Positions 1-10,698 of a stretch of 64,000 nucleotides of DNA are shown here, in pieces (the first letter of the stretch is position 1; every line of letters begins with the position of its first letter). Below the pieces are notes generated by a model. That model did not search any database, was not told where the DNA came from, and saw only the letters and a list, made by a program, of their open reading frames with translations. Both the position numbers and the translations under genes were made by a program. The stretch comes from Fibrobacterota bacterium. GTDB taxonomy: Bacteria; Fibrobacterota; Fibrobacteria; UBA5070. The stretch is taken from NCBI GenBank assembly GCA_016715065.1, contig JADKBN010000002.1:212286-276285 (forward strand), written 5' to 3'.

Positions 1-522
1 CACCATCAATCATCCAAACATTTGCGGAGACCTTCGCGATTGGGGACATCGGGGCGCCAGATTCGAGTTGACTACACGTTGAACGGCCCAGACTGGGCCC
101 ACGCCTTTATCGGAACAGCATTGCCATTCAATTCGATCGCAGGATTTAGCTCTCATGATTTCAACCGGTTGAGTTCGATATCGTTCGTGCTTCGCGATAC
201 GGTTCGCAGTACCGCGCTGCAACCACTTGCGGTTTCCATACTTGCCTCGGAAATTGACACGCTTTCATATCGACTTGGAGCCGATCCTGGGACGAGGTAC
301 AGATGGATGGTGCCGGTCGCGAGCGGAATTCGTCGCATCAACCTGCCAATTTCCTCTGCTGCCATTCCCGAGTGGGCGTCAGATCGGGAACAGCCATCTC
401 CCCTTGGTTTCCAGTTGCAAAACCTCCTCGGGATCGAATTCCTCAAACAGTGCGTCACGGAGACCTGCACCGACGTCCAGGGCCGCTTCGAGATCGACCA
501 CCTGGTCTACCACTTCCGGTAG
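1..522 (+). CDS. Hypothetical protein, possibly the 3' part of a gene that begins upstream of the window
   Basis: Frame 1 is open from base 1 to the TAG at 520-522; no recognisable motifs; local GC is lower than the rest of the window. Confidence 0.25.
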   Translation, partial: HHQSSKHLRRPSRLGTSGRQIRVDYTLNGPDWAHAFIGTALPFNSIAGFSSHDFNRLSSISFVLRDTVRSTALQPLAVSILASEIDTLSYRLGADPGTRYRWMVPVASGIRRINLPISSAAIPEWASDREQPSPLGFQLQNLLGIEFLKQCVTETCTDVQGRFEIDHLVYHFR

Positions 523-560
523 GCCTGCTTACCTTTCCTCCTCCGCGAGGCTCGCTTCCA

Positions 561-1571
561 ATGGGGCCGCGGTCATTTTCGGAGGGAAAACGCGTGGGAC
601 AGAGCTGCCGCAATTGCGGATCCGACCGGGCCAAAGTGTCGCACGACGGCTTGGTCGCGCCGTTCTTCCTCAAGCGGGTCCACGGGATCGAGGTGGACTC
701 GGTGGGACAGAAACTGGACACCTTTCTCGCGACCTCCCGCAGCCGGATCAAGAAGACGATCGTGCGATGGTTCCGTGATTGGGTCCGCAAGGTGGAAGGC
801 CCCCAATCGGGAATCCTGGCGACCCCCGATGTGCGCACGGATCTTCGCGTGTGCCCGGACTGCCAGTTCGTGGGGCCCCATCGCGACTACCCCTTCGAGC
901 AGCTGCGCGGACTCTACCAGGATTACCGCTCCGAGGCCTACGACGCCGAGCGTTGCCGGTTCGAGCCTTGGTATCGCGAGCTGAGGGAGAGAGTCGGAAA
1001 GGCTTCCGAGGAAGAGAGCGTCCGGTTGCGCCTGATCGAGGAGAGGTTGGCTCGCCATGCCGACCACTCCAAGATCCATCGGGTGATGGATTGGGGAGGA
1101 GGGGAAGGTCGGTTCGTTCCGCCTTCCCTGCGGGACAAGGAGGTCTGGATCCTGGACGTGTCCGACGAGCCGTTGGTGAATCCCGCCTTCCGGAGGGTGG
1201 ACGAGCCTCCCTCCGGTGTGACGTATCAATTCGTGCAGATCTGCCACGTCTTGGAACACGTGTGCTCGCCCAAAGCGTTCGTCGCCGGCATCCTCCCCTT
1301 GTTGGATCCCGGCGCGCTCGTCTACGTTGAGCTGCCCCAGGATCGCACGGATGCCCAGATCCAGGCCTTGGTGGACGGCGCTGCCGATTTCCGTCACGCG
1401 CTGCACGAACACCTGAACCTCTACTCGGCGCGCTCCCTGCGGTCGTTGGCCGAAAGTCTCGGCTTGGAGGTCCTGGAGATCGAATCGCGCGCCATGGATT
1501 TCGGATGGACCCGCGCCCAGGTGATCTGCGGGTTGTTCAGGGTGCCGGCCCTCTCGCAAGGTGTGATTTGA
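561..1571 (+). CDS. Class I SAM-dependent methyltransferase with an N-terminal Cys-rich (zinc-ribbon-like) segment
   Basis: ATG at 561 inside ORF 303-1571; CxxC...Cys N-terminus (CRNCGSDRAKVSH); methyltransferase-fold-like core (VWILDVSDEP...VQICHVLEHV). Confidence 0.5.
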   Translation: MGPRSFSEGKRVGQSCRNCGSDRAKVSHDGLVAPFFLKRVHGIEVDSVGQKLDTFLATSRSRIKKTIVRWFRDWVRKVEGPQSGILATPDVRTDLRVCPDCQFVGPHRDYPFEQLRGLYQDYRSEAYDAERCRFEPWYRELRERVGKASEEESVRLRLIEERLARHADHSKIHRVMDWGGGEGRFVPPSLRDKEVWILDVSDEPLVNPAFRRVDEPPSGVTYQFVQICHVLEHVCSPKAFVAGILPLLDPGALVYVELPQDRTDAQIQALVDGAADFRHALHEHLNLYSARSLRSLAESLGLEVLEIESRAMDFGWTRAQVICGLFRVPALSQGVI

Positions 1572-1647
1572 ACGATCCGCGTTGAATAGGTAACGTCCGC
1601 ACGATTCCGCAATGACGCGGACGATGATCCAATGATTGGAATAGAAG

Positions 1648-2163
1648 ATGAGTTATGTGATGGTCGACGTGGAATCGGATGGTCCGATTCCCGGCAAGTT
1701 TTCGATGATCTGTTTCGGGGCCGTGATCGTGGAGCCCGGGCTGGAACGAACGTTCTACGCGGAGCTTCGCCCGATGTGGGAAGACTGGATTCCCGATGCC
1801 TTGCAGGTGTCCGGATTCTCCAGGGAGCAGACCCTCGCGTTTCCCGCACCTGAAAAGGCGATGGCGGACTTCGATGCGTGGCTGCGCCAGAACTGCCAGG
1901 GAAAACCGATGTTCGTCTCCGACAACAACGGGTTCGACTGGCAGTTCATCAACTGGTACTTCCACTGGTTTCTGGGGAAGAATCCGTTCGGATTCTCCTC
2001 CACCAACCTCGGGAGCCTGTACAAAGGACGTGTGGGGGATGTGACAAAAAACTTCAAGCATCTGCGGCGCACGCGCCACACGCACAACCCCGTGGACGAT
2101 GCCAAGGGCAACGCCGAGGCGATGTTGACCCTGCGTGAACAGGGACTGAAGTTTCCGATGTAG
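1648..2163 (+). CDS. DnaQ-like 3'-5' exonuclease (DEDDh family)
   Basis: 171-aa ORF; Exo I motif MVDVESDG, FVSDNNGFDWQFINWYF, C-terminal H..NPVDDA motif. Confidence 0.65.
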   Translation: MSYVMVDVESDGPIPGKFSMICFGAVIVEPGLERTFYAELRPMWEDWIPDALQVSGFSREQTLAFPAPEKAMADFDAWLRQNCQGKPMFVSDNNGFDWQFINWYFHWFLGKNPFGFSSTNLGSLYKGRVGDVTKNFKHLRRTRHTHNPVDDAKGNAEAMLTLREQGLKFPM

Positions 2164-2188
2164 GGATCAGGCATGCCTGCATCCCTAC
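2160..2188. terminator. Perfect palindrome GTAGGGATCAGGCATGCCTGCATCCCTAC between the convergent exonuclease and recD genes
   Basis: 8-bp stem GTAGGGAT/ATCCCTAC with a GCATGC-containing loop; overlaps the recD stop codon. Confidence 0.4.
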
Positions 2189-4074
2189 AACGGCTCCCGC
2201 ACCCTCGATGGCCGCTCGTCCGTGCGTGCGCAGGCCGTGCGCACCAGGGAAAGGTCGCCGGTCAGCCAGAGTGATTTCTTCGATCGCGAGGCGGCAGTGT
2301 ACACGATCTGTCGCGTGAGCACGGGGGCGTCCCGGTCGGGGAAGATGCACAGGACGTGATCGAACTCCGAACCTTGGGATTTGTGGGTCGTGATCGCCCA
2401 GGCGCTCTCCAAGCCGGACAATCGATCGACAGGAATCGTCAGGTGGCCGTCTTCGCGCGGGAAGAGTGCAACCGGACGCCCTTCCTGCTCCAGGATCAGC
2501 CCCAGGTCGCCGTTCCACAAGTCCAGTTCGGGGTGGTTGCGGCCCAGGATCACCTGCTGGAGAGGAGCCCACGGAGCCGCCCACGAGATTCCCAAGCGTT
2601 GGCGCAACCACGCGTCGCAAGCGCGGTTGACCGCGATGGCGCCGAACGGCCCGTCGTGGACCATGCACAGGATGCGGCTTCGCGGGATGGCGGAGAACAA
2701 TTCGGGGGAAGAGACTCCCTGTGCCAGGTCGTGCAAGCTGTCCAGGTGCGATCCCACCCACAGCTCCATCCACTCTTCCAAGCGCGCCGAGAGCTCTTGC
2801 GAGGGAATCCTGAGTACGGATCCGGATTCCATACCGGTCCACAGCGAAGGTGCGCCGGGGGCAAGTGGGATGGAGTCCGGCGAGGGAGGACTGCCCTGGT
2901 TGGCGAGCTGACAGAAATTGGCGATATCGCCGGCGTTGCGATGGCTGTGGGTGAGGGGGCGACGGAAACGCGAAAGATCGGGGTTGGCCAGCAGATCCGC
3001 CAGGACGGCTCCGGGGTCCACCGAACTCAACTGATCGGGGTCTCCCACGACCACCAGCCGGGCATCGGGGCGCAGCGCGTTGGCCAGGGCCGCGAACAAG
3101 GGGAGATCCACCATGGAGGCTTCGTCCAGCACCACCACGCGATGGGGGAGAGGGTTGTCGCGATGGTGTCGGGGGCGTTTGCCCGCGCGGACCCCAATCA
3201 GGGTATGCAAGGTGTTGGAGGGAATACGTGAAAGCTCCAGGGCGACGGGATCCTCCCCGGCCAGCGGCGACAAGCTGGAGCGCAGGCTTTCCTGGAGGCG
3301 CGCCTTCGCGCGACCGGTGGGGGCGCACAAGGCGACGGATTCCGACGTGATGCCGGAGTCCCCCCAGGCCATCGCCAACAGGGCGCGTGCCACGACGGTG
3401 GTCTTTCCCGTGCCGGGGCCGCCGGTCACCATGCATAGGGAATGTCTCAGAACGCCTTCCACCGCATCGCGTTGCCTGTCGTGGAGCCGCATTCCCGGCA
3501 AGTGGTCCAGGCGTTCCAGGATCGACGATTCCACGACGGAATCCGACGCATTCCTGAATCGCAGGAGGGCCTGACGCAGATCGTCTTCCGCGGCGGCATG
3601 GCGCGCGAAGGCGAGGGATAGCGAGTCCGGCTCGATGCGGACGATCGGCGCGGGATCGGCTTGTGCTGGGCCGAACTGGGGGAGGCCGACGCTTGGATCC
3701 GATTGCAAACGCTCGAAGACGGTGGTGACCAGGCCGACGATCGCCACCGTGTGGAGCGAAAGTTCTTCCCGATGCTGGGCGAAGGCGGGATCCGGATCCG
3801 ATCCGGCGCCCTGGCGCAGGGCGGATTCCAGGTCATGGACCAGATCCGTTCTGGAAACGCGTGGATGCCCGCGGCGCAAGCGCGCGGCCAACAGCAGGAA
3901 CACAAGACGGAATCCGTCTTCCAGGTTCGCGCACAGCATCCGCTCGCGGCGGAGTTCGGCCAGATCCAACCTTTGGGTCAGTGCCAAGTGGAGTGCCGCT
4001 CTGGACAGGGGCGTGGGCGGCACCTCGGCATGGCCAGGTCCGCGATGGGCATCAATGAATTCTTCGTGTGTCAT
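2185..4074 (-). CDS. recD: Exodeoxyribonuclease V alpha subunit RecD
   Basis: Walker A GGPGTGKTT; VVLDEASMVD; C-terminal THKSQGSEFDHV and YTAASRSK motifs; 4-bp overlap with recB. Confidence 0.85.
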   Translation of the reverse strand: MTHEEFIDAHRGPGHAEVPPTPLSRAALHLALTQRLDLAELRRERMLCANLEDGFRLVFLLLAARLRRGHPRVSRTDLVHDLESALRQGAGSDPDPAFAQHREELSLHTVAIVGLVTTVFERLQSDPSVGLPQFGPAQADPAPIVRIEPDSLSLAFARHAAAEDDLRQALLRFRNASDSVVESSILERLDHLPGMRLHDRQRDAVEGVLRHSLCMVTGGPGTGKTTVVARALLAMAWGDSGITSESVALCAPTGRAKARLQESLRSSLSPLAGEDPVALELSRIPSNTLHTLIGVRAGKRPRHHRDNPLPHRVVVLDEASMVDLPLFAALANALRPDARLVVVGDPDQLSSVDPGAVLADLLANPDLSRFRRPLTHSHRNAGDIANFCQLANQGSPPSPDSIPLAPGAPSLWTGMESGSVLRIPSQELSARLEEWMELWVGSHLDSLHDLAQGVSSPELFSAIPRSRILCMVHDGPFGAIAVNRACDAWLRQRLGISWAAPWAPLQQVILGRNHPELDLWNGDLGLILEQEGRPVALFPREDGHLTIPVDRLSGLESAWAITTHKSQGSEFDHVLCIFPDRDAPVLTRQIVYTAASRSKKSLWLTGDLSLVRTACARTDERPSRVREPL

Positions 4075-7000
4075 GGGGATCGCCTCGATTCCATCCAGGT
4101 GCGCACACGGCGATCCAAATCCGACGAATCGGCGTGGGCACCACAGGTCCAGATGCCGTGATCGGCCGTGGCGGGATCGGCGAAGGCCCGCAGATAAACC
4201 ACCACCCCGCCACCCCAGGATTCATGGGGCTTCAATGCGCGCGCGACGGATTGCCCATAGAGTTTGCCTTGGAGGTCGTAGCCGTGCGAACGCACCGATT
4301 CGTCCAAGGCTTCGGCGTTCCAAAGCGCCATGCTGGTGGTCTTCCAATCCAGGACATACCACTTGGATTCGTGGCGGAAGAGAAGGTCGATGTACCCCAC
4401 CATCCAACCGCGCGGTGCCTCGTGCGGCTTGGATGGGCCGCCAGCGGCGCCCACCGGCCAATGGAATTCCACCTCGGGCAGGCGGTCGGAGGCCGGCAGG
4501 TCGCAGAGGCGAACGCATGCCCCGCCGGGAAGTTCCATGGGTTGGAGCAGGACCGAGCGCAACAAGGTGACAATTTTTGGGGACATGGACGCATCCATTC
4601 CATGGGCGGACAAGGTGCCGGCGACCTCCCGTTCCCGCATCGGAAGGGTGGCGTCGTCGTGCACCCAGGCCAGACTCGAACCCGGAGACATCCAATCTTC
4701 CAGGATCTCGTGCAGGCAGTCGCCCGTGCGCGCGCCGCGCGGAAGCCACTCGTCGGCCGGCGCCGCCGTTGGCAGGGATGGATTTTCCGTCTCCGTCTCT
4801 TCGGAACGTTCCAGGCGCTCCCCCAAGGCATGGCTCTCCGGAACGGGAGCGTGGATGTCCGCCGTGACCTGGGTGAAGGACGTCTGCAACCGCGTCCGCG
4901 AAAGCAAGCGCAGGTCGGACAGATCCTGCCATCCGTGTGCCGTTGCCGGCGGTTCTTCCGTCCGCCGCGTTCCCGTCGGGGCTTCCAGAGGCTCCGGGGC
5001 CTGGTCCAAAAGGGCGATCCGGCTGCTCGCGTCCAGGCAGGGCCGGGCGAGATCGGATAGGGGGTCCAATGGCTTTTCCCTGTCGTTGAGGTGGCAAGGA
5101 ATCGCCAAGAGCAGTTTGGGGCGCGTGGCCGCGACATACACGAGTCGTCGCGTCTCCTGGTCCTTCTGCCGTTTGGCGATGGCCTTCACTTCTTCCACCG
5201 CATCGCGCAACGGGGTCTTGTCCGCCTTGCGTCCGGGAGCCGGGATGCAACCGGGCATCGCCTTGCGGCGGGAGCTTTCGGGATCGATCCAGGTGTACAC
5301 CGGGTGGCTGTTGCTTCCCCGCGAAGCACCCAGGAACACCACCGGGAACTCCAGCCCCTTGGAAACGTGCATGGTCAAAATCTGTACGCGGCCGCGGTCG
5401 GTGGCGCGGGCCATCAGGTTGCGATCGTCCGGGGCGTCTTCCAGTCCGTTGTCGATCCTGTCCAGGTGTTCGGCCAGCTCCTCCATCCCGCCACCGCCAG
5501 TCACCAGGAATTCCAATGCGTGTTGGCAGACCTGGCGCAGGTCCATCCACTCCCGGTCGCCCATCGGTCCTGACAAGATCCGTGCGCTCGCCGGGCCCTC
5601 CTGCGACAGGAGCCGGAACAGGCGTGCCCACCGCGCTTTGCGGGACAGGAATCGCGCTTCTTCCAGCAAGTCGTCCCGTCCGTCCAACAAGCGCGTGGCC
5701 AGAGCCATGGAGCGCCTCGATGCATCGGTGGGTGATCCGCAGAGGGCCAACAAGACGGTTCGTACTTCGAGCGCGGCGCGCGAGCGGAACACGCCTTCCT
5801 GCTTGTACAGCGCCCAGGGGATGGCGGCGCGATCGAAGGCGCGACGGAACGGGTTGGCCATGGACTTCGCGCTGACCACCACGGCGAAGTCGCTCCAATC
5901 CAGCACACGATCCTTCCACTGGTCTCCTTCCGGAACGGAAACAAGACGCCCCTTCAGGCCGAGGATCCATTCGGCGCATTGCCTGGCGTATTCCGCCCTG
6001 GCCGGAGCGGTCTTCCCTTGGAAGGGATGGATCCGCACGGGAGCGCGGCCCAGGTCTCCCGGTGGGGGATGCGGTGCCGGGGAGCGCGGGGGCGATGCCG
6101 CCCGGTTGGCGTGTTCGTACCGGATCCCCCCGTCCTGGAACCAGTCCTGGTGGTCCGCGTGGAGGATCAGGTCGTTGATGCCTTCGATGAGATCCGGCGA
6201 CGTGCGCCAATTGGTCTCCAGCGGCTGGCACACCGCGCCATGCGCTGACAATTCCTGACATGCATCCAGGTAGGTGTGGACATCGGCTCCCTGGAAGGAG
6301 TAGATGGACTGCTTCGGGTCGCCCACCAGATAGAGGTTCCCCGGCGGGGTCGTTCCCTTTTCCAGAAACAGGCTGCGGAAGATCTTCCATTGCAGAGGCG
6401 ATGTGTCCTGGAACTCGTCCACGATTCCGACCTTGAGCGTTCCTCGCAACAACGTGCGGAACTCGTCGCGCTCCAAGGCGCCCACCATGAAGGCGAGCAT
6501 GTCCTGGTAGGAAAGCCTTCCGCGGACGGCTTTGCGGGTGCGATGGAGGGAGGTGGCCTGGATCGCCCAGGCGACTTGGAACCGGGCGCACAGAACCACA
6601 TCCTGCTCGCTTCGCGGATCCGGCACGGGGTCCAGGAGGGAAGCCGGGTGGATGTCGGCATCCTGCAGCAGGGCCAGGGAAAGGTCCAAGGCGCCTTTGA
6701 TCTGGGCATCCGGCGATCTGCAATTCCAGGCCCGCGCGAACAGATCGGGATGCCGGAAATCGCCTTTCCACGAATCGTCGCGCAGCGCTTCGCGCAGCGC
6801 CTGTTCCAGCCCTTCCTCGTCGTCGGAAAGCTCGGGTGAAAACGAAATCCCCGACTCGAATGGAAATTGTCGCAGGATGCGCAGGCAAGCCGAATGGATG
6901 GTCCCGATCCACGCCTCGTGCATTTCGCGCAGGTTGGCTTCCAGATGGGCCTTGACGGGGCCTTGCGCCTTGGCGGCGGCCTCGGTCAGGCGTTTGCGCA

Positions 7001-7202
7001 CACGGGTGGCGAGTTCCTGGGCGGCCTTTTCCGTGTAGGTCACCAGCAGGATTTCTCGGATGTGCAGGCCGCGCACGGACACCAGATCCAACACCAGATT
7101 GGTGATGGCGTAGGTCTTGCCCGTTCCCGCATGGGCCTCCAGGATGCCGTGGCGATGAAGGTCCAGCTCAGGCATCGTCGGCCTCCGCTGCTGCCGGGCC
7201 AT
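4071..7202 (-). CDS. recB: Exodeoxyribonuclease V beta subunit RecB (UvrD-like helicase plus PD-(D/E)XK nuclease)
   Basis: 1043 aa; N-terminal AHAGTGKTYAI and TYTEKAA helicase motifs; C-terminal nuclease region GYIDLLF...YVLDWKT...YDLQGKLY. Confidence 0.85.
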   Translation of the reverse strand: MARQQRRPTMPELDLHRHGILEAHAGTGKTYAITNLVLDLVSVRGLHIREILLVTYTEKAAQELATRVRKRLTEAAAKAQGPVKAHLEANLREMHEAWIGTIHSACLRILRQFPFESGISFSPELSDDEEGLEQALREALRDDSWKGDFRHPDLFARAWNCRSPDAQIKGALDLSLALLQDADIHPASLLDPVPDPRSEQDVVLCARFQVAWAIQATSLHRTRKAVRGRLSYQDMLAFMVGALERDEFRTLLRGTLKVGIVDEFQDTSPLQWKIFRSLFLEKGTTPPGNLYLVGDPKQSIYSFQGADVHTYLDACQELSAHGAVCQPLETNWRTSPDLIEGINDLILHADHQDWFQDGGIRYEHANRAASPPRSPAPHPPPGDLGRAPVRIHPFQGKTAPARAEYARQCAEWILGLKGRLVSVPEGDQWKDRVLDWSDFAVVVSAKSMANPFRRAFDRAAIPWALYKQEGVFRSRAALEVRTVLLALCGSPTDASRRSMALATRLLDGRDDLLEEARFLSRKARWARLFRLLSQEGPASARILSGPMGDREWMDLRQVCQHALEFLVTGGGGMEELAEHLDRIDNGLEDAPDDRNLMARATDRGRVQILTMHVSKGLEFPVVFLGASRGSNSHPVYTWIDPESSRRKAMPGCIPAPGRKADKTPLRDAVEEVKAIAKRQKDQETRRLVYVAATRPKLLLAIPCHLNDREKPLDPLSDLARPCLDASSRIALLDQAPEPLEAPTGTRRTEEPPATAHGWQDLSDLRLLSRTRLQTSFTQVTADIHAPVPESHALGERLERSEETETENPSLPTAAPADEWLPRGARTGDCLHEILEDWMSPGSSLAWVHDDATLPMREREVAGTLSAHGMDASMSPKIVTLLRSVLLQPMELPGGACVRLCDLPASDRLPEVEFHWPVGAAGGPSKPHEAPRGWMVGYIDLLFRHESKWYVLDWKTTSMALWNAEALDESVRSHGYDLQGKLYGQSVARALKPHESWGGGVVVYLRAFADPATADHGIWTCGAHADSSDLDRRVRTWMESRRSP

Positions 7203-10200
7203 CCAGCGCCAACAGGGGGCCCAGCCGGCGATTCACCAGCGCGGTGAAATCCGTGGGGTCGTCGGCGGACTCGCCGGGAAGATCGGGACGCAGCAGTCGG
7301 TTCCATGTTTCGGGAAACGCGCTCTCTTCCAGCTTTTCGCGCAATGCCCAGGGGGAGGAGGGACGATGCTCCAGGATCGCCCGCGCGGGCAGATATTCGC
7401 TGGCGCCACGCGACAGGTCCCAGACAAGATCCGACAGCCAATGCTTCCAGCCGCCGCTCGCGACGGTCTTTCGCACCCAATCGAGTCCGCTTTCCCGTGG
7501 CGCGAAACGGATCTCGATGCGGCTCCATCCGGAAAAATCCAAGACCGCCGCCGACATCCAGGCGTTCATGGTGTTGTGGGTCCGGACTTCGGGCCCGCGC
7601 TTGGCGGATTTCAGTTCCACCTTGACGCAATCGAGGACCACCACATGACCTCTCGACGCGTCCACCAGCGCCAAGGGGATGCGGCCGGAAACGATGAACT
7701 CCCGTTGATCCTTCGTCCAGAGGCAGCGATCCGGCCTTCCCGCCGCACCCAACGACAGATTCTGGTTCTTGGCCAACGCGTGCTGCGGGAATTCGGCGCG
7801 CAGAGCCGCCATTCCCTTCCAGATCCACCTCGCCCAGTCTTCGAAAGAGGCAAGTTCGGTGCGGGCCAGCATCGATTCGGGAAAGGTGGCTTCCCACAGG
7901 CGCTCGTCCAGGATTCGATGGATTCGCTCCACGGGATCCGAGGTGGGATCCGACCAGGCGAGGCTCGCCAGCTCTCCGAAGAGCTCCGAGAGAAGGATCG
8001 CGCTTTGCAGGGAATCGGTGCCCAGCACCTCGTGGGACGCTTCCAGGGTGGCGGGAAGCTCCTCCTCCCGCCAGCCCAGCCGGCGGGCCAAGTCGTGGGA
8101 ATGGGGGTTTTTCAGGAAGCGACGGATTTCGGCAAGTTCCACCTGCACGGGACCTTCGAGGGGCGTGTCCGTCGGAGCGGGATCCGTTATTTGTCGGTCA
8201 TCGGCCTTCGGCCGATCCAGGGGATCCCACGAGATCGTATCGGAGCCGCCCTCGCGAGCCAGTAGCGGGACGGTCTCGCGGAAGTTCCCCTGGGCGATGT
8301 CGGCCAGAGCCTCTTCCAGTTCCAGCACCACGCTGGAGGGCTCCTTCTGCACGTCCTTCTGGAGGTCCTGGGAAAGCCAGGAAACCACCAGCCTTTCGCG
8401 TGCGGAAAGGATCGTCTGCAAGAACAGGGACCGGTTGTCGCGCACCGGGTGGAGATCGCCCACCAGCGGCGTTTTCGCCACCAGATCGATTCCCGACACG
8501 TCCTGCGATCCGGGGAAGGAATCCGCGTCCAGTCCCGCCACCGCCACGAATGCGTGGGGAAGGATGTGACCCGCGCGCAATGGCGCGAAGGTCAATGCCC
8601 CCGCGAAGGCCCGCGCGGGCGCGGGATTCTCGGATTCCAAGGCGCTGCGGACGATTTCGGACAGTTCGGCCAGATCGAGCCTCCGCTCGGGAGCCGTGTC
8701 CTGGAGGGATGTCCAATCCAGGGTTTCCAAAAATTGTCTGCGCATGCGCGATTCCGGCCCGGTGCCGGGATCCAGCCAGCGATCGCAAAGCTCTCCCAAT
8801 CCGCGGGCCGATGCCGATGGGGCGAGATCCGCGCAGCGGGAAACCAAGTCTCGCGTCTGGTGGAACAGCCTTTCCAGTGCCGTCGCGAAGCGGTCCACGG
8901 AGGAGAGGTCGCTTTCGAAATCCCCGACCGGCGAGATCCGTTCCCGAAACCCTTCCGGAACGGTCAAGCCGATGGAAGTGGCGCCGTGGGCCAGGGGTTC
9001 CAGGAAGAGTCGGGCCAACCCCGCTTTGAAGGTGTGCGGATCGTGGGCCACGGAAACCGCATCACCCGCTTCGCGCCGATGCGGGCCATCCCATGCGCGC
9101 AGCATCCCGGACTCTTCCGCCCACGATTCCCAGGTGGCCACGATTTCGGGATCGATGCCCAATTTCGCTTGGCACAGGGGATTGCGAAACAGCGCGAACA
9201 CGCCGGGGCGATCGGCCGGTTCTTCGCACAAACGCAACAGCGATTCCACACCGCGCGCCCAAAGGCTTTCGGATCCGGAAGAACCCAGCACGGTGTGCGG
9301 AATGAACCCGGGATCGCCGGGAGCGCGGCTTCCGAACACGGCCTCGATGGCCGCGCGATGCCGTGAGGGGTCGGGAAGGAGGACCACCGCGTCGGAAACC
9401 ATGCGGGAGGGATCTTCCGAGAGCCAATCCAGGAGCTGATCGCGCACGGCTTCCATCTCGCGGGTTCGCTCCGGAGAGGCCAACAGGCGGACGCTGCGAT
9501 CGGAATGGATCTTCTCAGACAAAATCCGACCATCCTCCAGTTCCAGCGGCGAGATGCCCGGGCCGGGATGGCGCCGTGCCAGGCAGTGCTGCAGGGTGGA
9601 AAGCGCCGTGGGATCCGCGTTCGCGGCGACGGGAGGCTCGACGGACATGGAGAAGTCGTAGTCGGTGGCCTGGCACCAAAGCGAGGTGTTTTCGCGCGAC
9701 GACCTTCCCCAACGCTCCAGGAGTTTCGGGTCGGCCAGGGCTCCTGCTGTCTGGGCTGGGTAAAAGCGATCAGCCAGGGATTGGGCTTGGTAGTCGTCGG
9801 GAGAAAATTTCGGGATCTTGGTTCCGTGGCGTTTGCGTGCGCGCCGGGATGTGTCCACATCTTCCCAGAATTCGGAGCAGGGGTTCTGCAGGAACAGGTG
9901 CACCTCGCGACCCTCGGACAGCTCCAACACGAGATTGCGGTGGAAATGGCTCACTTTTTCCAGTCCGAACAGGATCAGGGTGCCGCCTTGCGGGCGCCAT
10001 CCGGCTTCGCGGCGCAGCCGGTGCAAGCGCGGGAGGCCCAGCAATCCCGTTCCGGCCAAAGGGCCGGTGGTGGAAAACACCTCGCCGTGCAGTTCCCTCT
10101 GCCAGATTTCGTCATCGGATTCCGCGCTCGATGCGCGGGAGAAGTATCCACGCCGGGGCCAGCGGTGGTCCAGCCCTTCCACCGCCCATCGCCCTTCCCT

Positions 10201-10635
10201 CCAGACGCTGGGTCGATTGTATTCGTATTCCAAGAACAACTTGGCCACCGCCTGGGCCAGCTGCCAACGTCGCCGGGGATCGATTCCCGCGGCCGTTTCC
10301 AGGTAGCGCCGCACGGATCGGAAGGAATCCTTGGCAAGGAGGTTCGTGTCAAGAAGTGGCGCAATGGCTTGGGCGAGGGCCTCCACGCGAAGAATGCGCT
10401 GTCCCGGTTCGGGATCCAACGCCCCCCAAAGAACAGACTCCAGCGTGGGAGTGGGCAGGTTCACCAAAATTCCACGCACCTCGCACAAGCGCAGCTTCAG
10501 CCACTTGGCCACGGCGGGTGAAGGCACCACCACGGAGGGTGGTTGGGCGAGGTCGGTCCACAGCCCATCCAGAAGTTCGGAGAGCTCGGCGACCAGGGGT
10601 TCCAACCGATTGGCGAAGTGGAGGTGGAGGGCCAT
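7168..10635 (-). CDS. recC: Exodeoxyribonuclease V gamma subunit RecC
   Basis: 1155 aa; the N-terminus resembles E. coli RecC (SNRLE..L, VPSP.VA.WL); lies immediately upstream of and overlapping recB, as in canonical recCBD. Confidence 0.8.
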   Translation of the reverse strand: MALHLHFANRLEPLVAELSELLDGLWTDLAQPPSVVVPSPAVAKWLKLRLCEVRGILVNLPTPTLESVLWGALDPEPGQRILRVEALAQAIAPLLDTNLLAKDSFRSVRRYLETAAGIDPRRRWQLAQAVAKLFLEYEYNRPSVWREGRWAVEGLDHRWPRRGYFSRASSAESDDEIWQRELHGEVFSTTGPLAGTGLLGLPRLHRLRREAGWRPQGGTLILFGLEKVSHFHRNLVLELSEGREVHLFLQNPCSEFWEDVDTSRRARKRHGTKIPKFSPDDYQAQSLADRFYPAQTAGALADPKLLERWGRSSRENTSLWCQATDYDFSMSVEPPVAANADPTALSTLQHCLARRHPGPGISPLELEDGRILSEKIHSDRSVRLLASPERTREMEAVRDQLLDWLSEDPSRMVSDAVVLLPDPSRHRAAIEAVFGSRAPGDPGFIPHTVLGSSGSESLWARGVESLLRLCEEPADRPGVFALFRNPLCQAKLGIDPEIVATWESWAEESGMLRAWDGPHRREAGDAVSVAHDPHTFKAGLARLFLEPLAHGATSIGLTVPEGFRERISPVGDFESDLSSVDRFATALERLFHQTRDLVSRCADLAPSASARGLGELCDRWLDPGTGPESRMRRQFLETLDWTSLQDTAPERRLDLAELSEIVRSALESENPAPARAFAGALTFAPLRAGHILPHAFVAVAGLDADSFPGSQDVSGIDLVAKTPLVGDLHPVRDNRSLFLQTILSARERLVVSWLSQDLQKDVQKEPSSVVLELEEALADIAQGNFRETVPLLAREGGSDTISWDPLDRPKADDRQITDPAPTDTPLEGPVQVELAEIRRFLKNPHSHDLARRLGWREEELPATLEASHEVLGTDSLQSAILLSELFGELASLAWSDPTSDPVERIHRILDERLWEATFPESMLARTELASFEDWARWIWKGMAALRAEFPQHALAKNQNLSLGAAGRPDRCLWTKDQREFIVSGRIPLALVDASRGHVVVLDCVKVELKSAKRGPEVRTHNTMNAWMSAAVLDFSGWSRIEIRFAPRESGLDWVRKTVASGGWKHWLSDLVWDLSRGASEYLPARAILEHRPSSPWALREKLEESAFPETWNRLLRPDLPGESADDPTDFTALVNRRLGPLLALDGPAAAEADDA

Positions 10636-10698
10636 CGCGAACCAATGTAGGTTTGGGTGATTGCGCCTGGACGGCAGACGGTCAGGATGGCCGTCGCG

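Noticed and set aside
4222-6912. 896-aa and other long alternative-frame ORFs inside recB/recC (4222-6912, 4330-6258, 9363-10772 and similar)
   Set aside because: Low-complexity Arg/Pro/Gly-rich translations. They are overlapped by the strongly supported RecB and RecC reading frames.
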